NCBI RefSeq assembly: GCF_009914755.1
Contig: NC_060936.1
From: the human T2T-CHM13v2.0 reference genome, Homo sapiens
Direction: 5' to 3' (one strand)
Length of the DNA stretch: 64,000 nucleotides
Part shown: in pieces, positions 31,307 through 42,645 of the stretch
Layout of the letters: each line of letters starts with the position of its first letter
Position numbering within the stretch: position 1 is the stretch's first letter
The notes under the pieces: model-generated
Told to the model about the DNA's origin: nothing
Seen by the model: the letters and a program-made list of their open reading frames with translations, nothing else
Database searches by the model: none
Program-made: the position numbers and the translations under genes

Positions 31307-31695
31307 TCTGGATTCTATCTTGCAAGGTAGTGGAAACTACCTCTAGTCAAGGGGGGGCTGCACAGAGCCAGGCAGGATAATGAGCAACAATGCAGGCACG
31401 GGACTCCTTGGGAGATGGTTTGGGTCTTTGAGTGTCCAGAGGAATCACCCCTGCTTCTCTGAAGCAATAAAAATAGGACAAAGGAGGAACGCAGATGGAA
31501 GATGAAGCCTGAATTTTATTTCTGACAAAGGTCATATAGGAGAATGACTCATATATTTAGGCAGATAAGTTACCAGTTGATTAACCTCAACTAGACAGAT
31601 TGACTCTCAACAGGGTTAGGGCCATAAGACTTCCCCACTGCAAACAGAGTCTGCCCCTAGGGAGGCAGAGTAGAATGCTGATACACAGGCTGTGG

Positions 31696-31730
31696 AAAAA
31701 AAAAAAAAAAAAAAAAAAAAGAGAGAGAGA
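31696..31730. repeat. A25 plus (GA)5 simple repeat
   Basis: Direct reading. Confidence 0.9.
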
Positions 31731-32989
31731 TTGTTCTAGTAATCAAGAGAATGCAGGAAAGCTTTGTTGAAAAGTAGCATTTGAGCTGAGGATTGGTGAG
31801 TGAGCAGAGTTTTGACAGGGGAAGACAGAAGGTTACATGCGAGACAGTGCTTTCTAAGCGATTAAATGCTAAACCAAAGTCATTACTATACCAATGGTTA
31901 TAGAAAATAGATTATCTAACGGGGGATGCAGGTAGGATTTGGAGTGTTTATTCATTTCTTCTTAGAAAGTTAAATGGAATTCAGTCTTATCAACTAGTGG
32001 GTGGAATTTCCAACTAAAATATCAATATGTAAGAACTACAGTCCTCCACATTCCTTTCCCACAGTCAAATTCATATTCATTAAATCCTTCTTGCTTGTTG
32101 CTAAGCAGATGATGTAAGAATATATTAAAAATCATAAATATTAGCACAGTAGGATTTGCAAGTCAACGCGTCTTGTTATGAATGCAGTTGGAAAGTTCTG
32201 ACCTCCTGAATTCTTGTCCACATTCTGTGCAGGTCATCAGTACTTCCTCCAGGGTACATAAAATCAGCACCAGAAAAGGCAGTAAATGCTTGTTAGCATT
32301 ACCATTTCTTCTGTACCCCTTGCCCTTGTTTATTATCTCCACTTTTACTGATGCCTACACATATATGATGGCACATGCATAAGCAAAGGCATGTATTCAC
32401 CCTCATATGCATACATGCACAATCCACTTGGAAATACACACAGACACAGCTAAAATGCAAAGGTAGGGATTTAGAATACCTTTCCGCTACTTAAATATAA
32501 ATGCTTGTCACTTTCATTTTTTAAGGGAGAATGTGGGTCAACATATGCTTAAAATAATCTTTTTTATTGTTTTGTTTTGTATTGTTTTGTTTAGCATGTT
32601 TAGTCAAAGGAAATTTCAGAGCTGACATAAGATCCTGGCATCTTGTGAACACTTTCTCCTCAGTCTGTCCTGAGTCAAGACCAACAGGCTATCAGATTGT
32701 ATTGAAGGTTTATGAATCTCTTCTCCCCTGCTGCTGTCAGCCTTTTGACCATTTTTCTGGTAATTATCCCTGAGAGCAGGTAGAGAGAAGCTGTTGGCCT
32801 CTTTTCATTCAATTTCACAGTTCTGGTTTAGAAGGAGGGAAAAATAAATAAGGGAAAAGTGAGGTTTGGTGCTGCTTTAAAATTTTACAGATCTTCTTAA
32901 TCTGAATTCACTGAAATTCAGGCTTAAAATATTAAAATACCAAGTTACTAATACAACATTCTTAGTAACCAATATTTTGATTCTATTCA

Positions 32990-33320
32990 CTTTCACAATT
33001 CAATTGATGACCTACTGAAAGCCAGGCCCTGGGTTATGTGTTAGAGATAGATGAGTGAACAAGACTTGCCTGCTTCCTGCTCTCCTGAAGTTCATGGGCA
33101 AAACTGAAATACAGCCAACAGACCAGGAATTACAAATGCGATGAATGACAGGAGGAGAAGCACAGGGTGGTGTGGGAAGGCAGAACAAGGAGATTATATC
33201 CAGTACATGTCTTCAAGGAAGGACTTTATAAGGGAATCGTGTAAAGGGGAGACTTGAAGAACAAGCAGCAGCTAGCCAAGTAAAGGGAGTTTGATGAGCA
33301 TTTGAGGCAGAGATCATGCA
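32990..33320 (-). mobile_element. L2 fragment
   Basis: 'gacctactgaaagccaggccctggg...gtgaacaagac...ctgctctcctgaagttcat'. Confidence 0.6.
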
Positions 33321-36300
33321 ATCAATCAAGTTAAATTACCTAATAAGAAACACTTGTTTTGAGTAGCCTTGGTATTTTTTTTCAGGCAAGTGCTTAAGGA
33401 GAATAGAGAAAACACCTGCTGAGCATCCAGATGATCACTAGGGAGTGTGTGTCCAGAAGCCCTCTTTTCAGTGCCACAAGCATGGGGGCATACAAATAGT
33501 TTCAAAGACCTTCACAGAGCAATGGGACTTTGGCATTTTCTCCCATCTTTCCCATATCCTCTGGGTTCTCAGGTAAAAAGAAATGTGGTGAGAATACAGG
33601 ACTAAGAGTAATGGCTAAGTTAATAACCTGCCTTGTAAAAGAAGAAACTGAGATGTTTCACTTGCTGCACAATCTGTAAGAAGGTACTTTGATAGCTCAG
33701 TATATTAAGTTTATTTCATAACCTCGTCCCACCTCACTATTAAACAACCAAGTTGCCAGTGCTCCAGTTAAAGTTAACCTCTGTTCTTCTGAGAGAATTG
33801 CAGAAGGAGGGTGCTTTAAGGACCCTTGGAAATATCACCATATTATATGAATGGTAAAAATCAAGTTTGGACATTTATGTTGTATTTTCCCAAAATCAGA
33901 CTACCAAGATGGAAACTAAGGTTTTTTGACTCTCAGTAGATGGCACATTGATGAGTCACACTCCTTCCATTGAAGCGTCTAGCAATTTCCTAACCAGCCT
34001 ATAGAAGATACCAAGCACACATGTAACTTTTAATTTAGGTTTCAAATCATTGATTGAAAACAACAGGATATCCTCAGAAAATAAATGAAAGATAAAAGGC
34101 ACCTATAATTCATCTTTCAAGACTAATCTGATGACCTATCTCAAGATTTGCAAGCCGATGTCACAGACTTTTTTTTAAGGGAGATGGGTTAGGTCCATAT
34201 AATGTTTAGGGATTTAAAAGTTGATGCTTGATGATGCAAAGTGGTTTCTAGTGATTGTCATTTTGTTTTCTCAGGGATCACCCACTTTCTTTGAAATCTG
34301 GTGCAGAATTGTCATCTAAAGTGCATGACAAATTTGCCAATGTCTAAATTACAGTGTATGCCTTTTGCCATGGTTGAAAGTGATAGTAAAATTTTGTGAA
34401 TTTTAAGCAGATTCTGATTTAAATATTGTTTTAAAGATTTGAAAGGTGCATTATTTATTGTTTCTTGTCAGCATTATCTTGCAGAAATTGTAAGGGTTAA
34501 CAAACTGGTTGTTCTCTGTCAAAATTACTGAACCAGTCTTATAACTTCTTTTAATTCATTTATTTCATAAGGAGAGAAAGATCTTTGAAAGAGTAGCTAT
34601 TTTTAAGCCAACCCTAAGCATATTCCTTCCTTTATCCTTCCCCCTAATTTGTGAGGTCAATGACATCCACCCATTTGACTGATAGCAAATCCCATCTGTA
34701 TGAAATCAGCTTATCTAAATACATTAGGAATGCCCAGCAGGCCTGTTTCATGGAAATTAAATTGGTGAATAACTTTGTGGTGAGAAAATCATGAGGTCAT
34801 GGTCACTATTGCTTTAAAACTAAATGAGCAAATCTTTCGATCAGTTTGCTTTTGCTCTTTCCATAGTCAGAGTTCAGTGGTCATTTTCCTCTCAGAGTTT
34901 GACATTCAGAGCATCTCTAAAGCCAGAAAATAAGAGCAAGGTTAGCTGTTGGGGTTGGGGGTGTGCTGATGAAGTATGAGGTAAGCAATAACCCTGACTG
35001 ATGAGGTGTGAATATATTGCCTCAAATACTGCTCAAAAGTTTGTGATATGAATTAGAACTATTATGTCTTTGAGATAATCTTAGTATAGACATTATATTT
35101 GGAGACTTCTGTGTATTATGTTAGCATATTTTGCTTAGAGACAAAGAAGTAAGATTCTATACAGTAAAATGATAGCTGGGGGTGGGGGTCATATCAATTT
35201 AAAGAAAAATAATTTTGTTATGGGCTACTCTGTGTTGGGAAAGTACTTCTACTTGGTATCTCCTCATTCCAGGTTAAAAACCTGAAATCTAGGAGGTGAG
35301 CATTGCTTAGGATAATCATCTCTTAAGAGTTATAAACATAGCTTAGGCAATAACTCATGAGAAAATACTTGTTTGTTGCTTCTCTATTTCCCCTTTCACA
35401 TTTCCTAAGGAAGCCGTTTAAAACTTGTGCATGTTCATGATATACCAAGTCTTCCCTTATCAAAGTCATACCTAAGTAACTAAGATATGATGAAGAAAGG
35501 TTTTTTTAGAAAAAATTTTGGTGCAAAGAATTATGTCAATATGTTTTTAAAATGTGCTTATTCTTAAGATCCGTGTATCTGATCTCAGCACATCCCAATA
35601 GTTTGTAAAATGAAGGACTGCCTATTGTTAAATGACGCTCAGGTATCAACAGAGCAAATAGAGTGATACTTGGTAGGAAAGTGGGGTGAGGGGAACAGTC
35701 ATGGTTGGGAGAAGAGGATGTCTTCTAGAACAGTGTTTATTCTAAGGAAATAACAAGGTTGAATCCCTTTGACTCTACGCTTTGATGTCCTCTGGGTCAT
35801 CTGATGATACACCTATTTTCGTGAGTGGTAGGATGTTTATGAAGAAGGTGGTGAAAAATGCAAGGACATTCATGTCTTATTCCTCTGAAGTTTATTTGCT
35901 ACAATACATTTGCCATGGAATTGTATGTGAATACTCTTTCAATTTAATTTCAGTATAAATATGGTAGGGCATATAAGTAGAAAAAATGAAGGTGGAACTG
36001 GCTGTAAGCAGAGGTTATTTAGGAAATAATCTCTGTAATGCAGTGCTTCCCTACATTTCAAGACACACATTAAAAATGGGAATGTTTGTTAAAATATCCT
36101 GAGGTTAGCCAATGAACATGATGGAGGCTGGGAGCTCCAATTACCCCAGGCACTATACACCACCCCAAGGTGCACACCTGTAGCCCATCTGCAAGGCATA
36201 AATCTGTAAATCATCTGTAACACACTGATGAGAAAGCTCTGCACAAGTGTGACTTTTTGCAAGTAGATTTCCATCTTTTCCATCTTCGTAGGTAACACTC

Positions 36301-37945
36301 CACATGCACTCAATCTATTTGATCCTCAACTCAGCAGCTTATTTATTAGTAAATGTATCTGATTTGTGCTAATCACAAAAATTATTCTTTACTCTGAGTT
36401 TTTATGAAGAATCTGGCCACTTTGTCTCAATTACAGCTATATGTAACACAAAGTCATTAAATAAAATTCACGTAAGCTGAAAGAAAAAGGCATGCTCTTC
36501 AGTAAAATCTTTGGCATTTCAGGTCTTCTAAGAAATAACCACATCCACCTCATCTTTGTGAGAGGTCTTTATTTCCTAAGCTGATGATGACACAGTAATA
36601 AAAAAAAAAAGTGCATGAGTCCATCTATTATCTTCCCTGAGCCTGAAAAACAAAATAACCTATGCTCCAACCCTAATCCCAAATCCACTCTCTTCCCACA
36701 TTCACCACCACCAGAGTCATATCCACCTCTTCTTTTCTCTCGATATTGCATGTTGGAAGAGATAATTTAAAAAGTAGTAATTGAGTCATCCAATAGTCTT
36801 TAGTTGCAGCAATTTCACACTCTAGCTACACATTACAATAAACTGGGGAGCTTTAAAAATTTACCAGGTGCCATTAAATACTATTCCATAAGGATGGAGA
36901 GACAAGATGCCCCAGATAAAATAAAATAGTTTAGAAATAATCTGAGGCAATTAATATGCTGAAATGCAATACAAAGATGAGCTCATAGAAAGTACTGATT
37001 ATTGTTAGCATTGAAGTTTTAAAGAACAAGGTTCAGAGGAGCTGGGGCTTGAGTTGGAAAGTGCAAAGGATATCCTCAGGTAAAGACCAGAGAAGAGGGC
37101 TTGATGAGAGAACAGAGTATGAACACTATAGACAGACTCCAGGTAAACTCGGAGTGGTTGCGGAAAAGGAATGAGGCAGGCCTGGTTAGTTTTAATATTA
37201 ATTTGAGAAGCAATAGGAATTGGTATTACATAACTGGGCAAATTCAGATGATGGAGATACTTGAAAATAACACCAAGAGTTCATCCTGGAGTTCAAATGA
37301 TAATTAGAGGCTTTCATTGGAGAGGAAGGAAATGAGATTAGAAAGATAGGACAGTGCCCAAAGTCTCTGGGGTTCTTGTGGGCACCACTTGAAGACTGAC
37401 TTCTGCAGCAGGTTTAATGACTTGAATCTATCACCCCTTCTCAATATATACCTTTCTTGTTGCTCATTACCGTAAGTGTAAATATCCCTGATAACCAGTT
37501 TGTATGTACAACTATTACTATGTGTTTTCCTTTATGAAGCATGTCTCTGGGATTTCCTATTGCATAGCACCTAATAGCAACTAACAAAATGTAAGTTATA
37601 ACAAATATTTCCAAGATGGTAATGAGCTCTTCTCTAGTTATATAGTCTTGGATACATCACTTAATCCCTCCAATCTTGGTTTACTACATTTTTGCAATGA
37701 ATACACAAGATTTACGTATTTTCTAATCTTACATGTAGCATTAACTTCACATAAGTTTCTGATTATCATTCTCAGCCATATAAATGATAACATTTGTAAA
37801 GAGAAATTGCTTCATTCCTGGCCATTTACTCCCACTAGGTTTGAGCAATCTATTATTTATACAAGGAATTGTACAACTTTTGTTTTCTCTGGACAGTTCA
37901 AAAAAATAAATGATGTTTGACAAGAAGAAAAGAATATTGATCTTA

Positions 37946-37951
37946 TTTATT
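37946..37951 (-). terminator. Distal poly(A) signal AATAAA
   Basis: tttatt on the plus strand, followed on the minus strand by U/GU-rich sequence. Confidence 0.6.
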
Positions 37952-39004
37952 TGTTTTTTGGGTTGATAAATAAAGCTAAATTTAAAAATCCGTAGGTAAT
38001 ACACTGTAGTGGCATAAATATTTAAGATCAGTAAAGGAAATCATCAAACTATTGTCATTCATACATGAAACGTACAAAGCAAATAGTTATGATTTAAAGA
38101 TTTTAATACATAATTAAAAATCAACAATTATTACATAGTTATATAACATTGATACTGTTAGATATGTGGATGTATATATTTTTCTTTCCAGTAAAATAGT
38201 TTCATGCTTATAAAAGTCACCCTAGGTCAACTTGGGACAAAGAAAACAATGTACAGTAGAAATAAACCAAGTATTAAATAGAATATATAGGTAAGGAAAA
38301 AATATTATAAAGCAGTTACATTTTTGACACACACACACACACAAATAAATACACTTTTCTATTATTTGAAGGCAATTCACAATCATTTCCAGGAATTCCG
38401 TGAGAATTTAAGGCCATTTGTTCTAAAGAAATGCTTTAATTTAGACACAACTTCACAAAACTGTAATTCTTGTAAAAACTGTACATGCAAAAACCCTTTA
38501 CAATTATTCGTGGACAGGCAGGTCAGTATATAGGAGTAGGTTATTTCACAAATGTGTTGTGCACTAAGTCACATAGTTGTATATATTTAACTGGGAATTT
38601 CACAAAAGACTTCCAGCCTGTGCACCTTGTGTGGCAACGTGGAATGGTGATAACAAGAAATTCCGATCAAGAGAGCCAGTATCCCTTTGAATTAAAATAT
38701 CTAGACAAGATATAATGGAATAAAAAGTTTAAAACATCTGCTACATAGTTCACAGTTAAATAGTCTTGGTTTCAGTCTTTCTAAATAGCATTATTATATA
38801 AGGATGCTACTTTTTACAAAGTATTTTCTGTGCATTTATAGATCACAATGTTTGACTTTTTATAATTTCTACTTAGTGTTACAAAATACAAACCAACTGC
38901 AGTCTAAATTTAGAACCCAAACTCCATGAAAAATGCATGTTCAACCAGGAGACACATCTGCCGGGCTTAAACTCCCATACCCAGCAAACATTGCTGAGAA
39001 ATTG

Positions 39005-39010
39005 TTTATT
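39005..39010 (-). terminator. Candidate proximal poly(A) signal AATAAA
   Basis: tttatt on the plus strand; the minus strand continues caatttctcagcaatgtttg (CA then UGUUUG). Confidence 0.4.
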
Positions 39011-39623
39011 AAGCAGATGTAGTTTCTTAAGACAATCCAGTTACTGAAAAATAGAAAAGCATTTTTCCCTTCCCTTATTTGCAATTGTGTTTGTCCAGAC
39101 AGTCATTCAAAGAGATATTGCTCTTGTGATTATAGCTATTGCAATTTAGAAGACAAAGGATTCAGTATTTAAAACTCTTATTTTTAAGAACAGTTATAAA
39201 AGTATTGAAATTTAAAAAGTAGTAACATGTAAACATTGATACAGAGACTGCTTTCCTATACACATAGCAGTCGAAGACAATATTTGAGTTAAAAACACAG
39301 TTTGTGCTTTTTCCCAACAATACATTGGAAATTAGCTGTTTCTGTTAAAAAAAAAAAAAAAAAAAAAAAAGAAAGAAAGATTTAGAGAAGACATCCATAC
39401 TTTGCTTCAAGCATTTAAACAATTTTTTCTGTTGCTCATGCAACAACCATATTTACAGTTTTGGTTTAGGAAGATATTTAAATTTGGATCCAAGAAAGCA
39501 CATTAACTGCTGAAACCAAACTGAGAAAACTATCTCATTGCCTGGTTCATTACAGAGCACCAGGCACAAAGCATTAACTCAGCACTTTTGATTTGTAGTT
39601 GACATTAGCATTTCAGAGCACAG

Positions 39624-39812
39624 TCATATTTGAGTCTGTAACACATGTGTAGGTGGGGTGTATGGGGGAGGCGCAGGTGATGGCTTGATTCCTCGGGCTC
39701 TCATATAGGAGAGAAACTGCTCAGGGATCTCAGCTAGGACATCTTTAGCCAATCTAGCCATGCTCAGTATGTGGTTTCCACTTCTGTCAATATAATCCCT
39801 GAATGGCACAAA
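39624..39812 (-). CDS. CPNE8: Copine-8 terminal coding exon
   Basis: Acceptor tag|TTT at 39813-39814; encodes [62 protein letters not shown], with the copine motifs FVPFRD and VLAEIPEQ. Phase 0 matches the upstream exon. Confidence 0.95.
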   Translation of the reverse strand, partial: FVPFRDYIDRSGNHILSMARLAKDVLAEIPEQFLSYMRARGIKPSPAPPPYTPPTHVLQTQI

Positions 39813-39962
39813 CTAAAACAGAGACGAAAGAAAGTTATTTCACAGACTTTAGCAGGCTATGTAATAAACACAAAAAATCAACACATGTACACATTTGGTC
39901 ATAGGAAAATCAGGGAATCTGAGAGTAATGGAGAGATGGATAACAATTATTATACATTTTTA

Positions 39963-40288
<326 letters not shown>

Positions 40289-40850
40289 CTACAAATAGCT
40301 ATAAGTGACTAAACTTACATAATATATGCTTTATCTCAAAAGGAATGCAATCATTTTCTATGTTTTTCCTCCAATAACTCATGTCACTTAATCCTAATAG
40401 GCTTATTATGTTGCCAAATGTCTTCTGCAGTTTTAGGTTCTATACCCAGCCTGAATCCCAACAGGATGGAGCATTTAACCTCTTTGGGGCTTGGTTTCCT
40501 GTCAAATGGAGTTAATATATGCCTAATTCAGCTTCTGATATAAAAATACTACCCAATTCTGGATAAGAAATGAGTATTACCCAATTCAGGGTAAAATATA
40601 ATAGTGTACATTGTTAAAAAGTCCTAAACACATTAAAGTATTTTAATTCTTTCTAAGACAAAATCGCATGGACTATGAATATAGAATTCACACAGCTCAT
40701 ATTAATAGGAAGCTGAAATATTCAGTACATTGAGTTTTGCATCAGATGTTGATTTTTGAGTATCTACTATTTGGGAAGACAGGAAAAAAGATCTTGGCAT
40801 AAGATTTGGGTATATTTCTTATGGAAATATCATCATTCTAACAACATATA

Positions 40851-40940
40851 TTAGGTTGGAACAAAAAGTAATTGCAGTTTTTGCAGTAATTTGTGGTTTT
40901 TCAATGGCAAAAACCGCAATTACTTTTGCACCACCCTTAA
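40851..40940. mobile_element. MADE1 mariner-derived MITE
   Basis: TIRs ttaggttgg..caaaa.gtaattgc.gtttttgc / gcaaaaaccgcaattacttttgcacca.cct.aa, flanked by TA. Confidence 0.88.
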
Positions 40941-42309
40941 TAAAAATGATTACTATATCTTTATATATGTAATTATGTGAGAGCCCTTATCGGCTCAATA
41001 CCAAATGCTCCTGTAATAGATTGCCTGATTCCATTCTCATTTATAATGGTTACTTAAGTTAATAAACACTGTGCTGTTTGAGGGCATTAGTTCAATTTTC
41101 CCTTAGGGGCATAATGATGCTTGATGCAACTTTGAAGTGATTGGAACTGTGAATGTTGTGATAATTTAAGAGCACAGTAATTTTTGGTCTTCAGAGAAAA
41201 GGCAAAGTGAAGACATTTTAATATGTTGAACAATTTGAGTACAATATATAAAAATTTGAATTAAATCATTTTTCTCCTGGATGAAGACAAAGAACAATCC
41301 TGTCTCATGCTGTAAAATACCATTTTACATTTATTTTGAAAAATAAAATAAGTTTGTTTTTTATTTAAAGTTATTCATTATGTGCCTCTGGAAAACAATC
41401 ATTATTGGAAGGAAGCATTTAAAATGATCAGGTTGCTACAGGTAAACCAAGAAAAATTTTAAGAAATCAAAGATTAGGTATAGTGCCTTTTATGCAATGA
41501 AGGTAGTCTCTTTTAAAAGAAGAGAAGAAAACTATTCCTTTCTTTTTAAAATAAGACATTACAAGGAAGCACATGTATGTGACTAAAATTTTACCTTATT
41601 TGTCTTTACACCCTATTTCCAGGAGGGAAACTCAGAGCAGTTTTTAGAAATAGGTATTTAAAAGGTGACATATCTTTCTCCTACTAAGGGCAAGAAAGGC
41701 AGCTTGCTAAGGATGTGAAAAAAAAAAAAACTAACAATAAATGCGATCTTCCTTCAGAAGAGAATGAGAATTAGAACTTTTGTGAAGTGTTTATTCCCTA
41801 GCTATGGACAAGACTTGACATTTTTAACAGAAAAAAATCAAAGAGGTAAAAAAAAAACAAAAAACAAAAAAAACAAATTGAGGTTAATTTTCTCTCTGAA
41901 ACTATAATTAGAAAAGAGAAAATAGGAATCAACACAGGGAATAATGAGAAAATATATCTAATTGTAACTATAATTTACTTAATTCTTATTCTAGAAGGTA
42001 TAATGCTTTAAATGTTAACATTTAGTAATGTTGGTATGGTCAGTATACATGCAGTGGTCTTTAGACTTTTTTTTTTTTTGAAGAGTTTTTTTTTTCTTTG
42101 TTTTTGAAAATGTATGTAGCTAATACACACATTTCATGGAAATGTTGGCAAACAGTTGATGCTTCTCTATGGAAAGAGGAGATCTCCCCTGCTTCTTTTA
42201 TCTTACCTTTACCTCAACTTTGGTCTCATATTCTTTACCTTGCTCCTACATTATGGACATTAAACTCATTTAAGTTTTTACCTCCCTATTCTCAGAAACT
42301 TTGGAATTA

Positions 42310-42410
42310 GACTTCCCAGTTTCAAAGCCTGGTTCTGCTGCCTGTTGCCTGCATGATCTTGAGCAGGTTATTTTCTACTCTTTGCCTCAGTTTCTTCTTC
42401 TATAAAATAA
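42310..42410 (+). mobile_element. MIR 5' piece (continues at ~50013-50090)
   Basis: 'gatcttgagcaggttatt...gcctcagtttcttcttctataaaat' resumes as 'ggataattacagaatacctat...aaagtgcttaaacagt'. Confidence 0.6.
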
Positions 42411-42645
42411 AAACCAGATGGCTTCATGGCAAATTCCACCAAACTTTTAAAGAACTAACACAAATTCTTCTCAAACTGTTTTTTAAAATTGAAGCGGGGA
42501 GCTCTCAGCAACGTGGAAAGGAACTGGCCAGCAACTTAGCTTAAAGGATCCTCCGTAAGAGCCACACAAGTCTGTGCACAGACCAGAGAATAGACACTGT
42601 GGGAGCCGTAAAGTATTTCCTTGGTGGTTGGGACCAAGCCTTTCA

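Larger units (their letters stand above)
37925..39623 (-). other. CPNE8: CPNE8 3'UTR (distal end approximate)
   Basis: Repeat-free AU-rich sequence after the stop codon, ending near AATAAA at 37946-37951 with U-rich downstream sequence. Confidence 0.7.

Noticed and set aside
31696-31730. Isolated A25 as a retrocopy tail
   Set aside because: No recognisable body, poly(A) signal or TSD.
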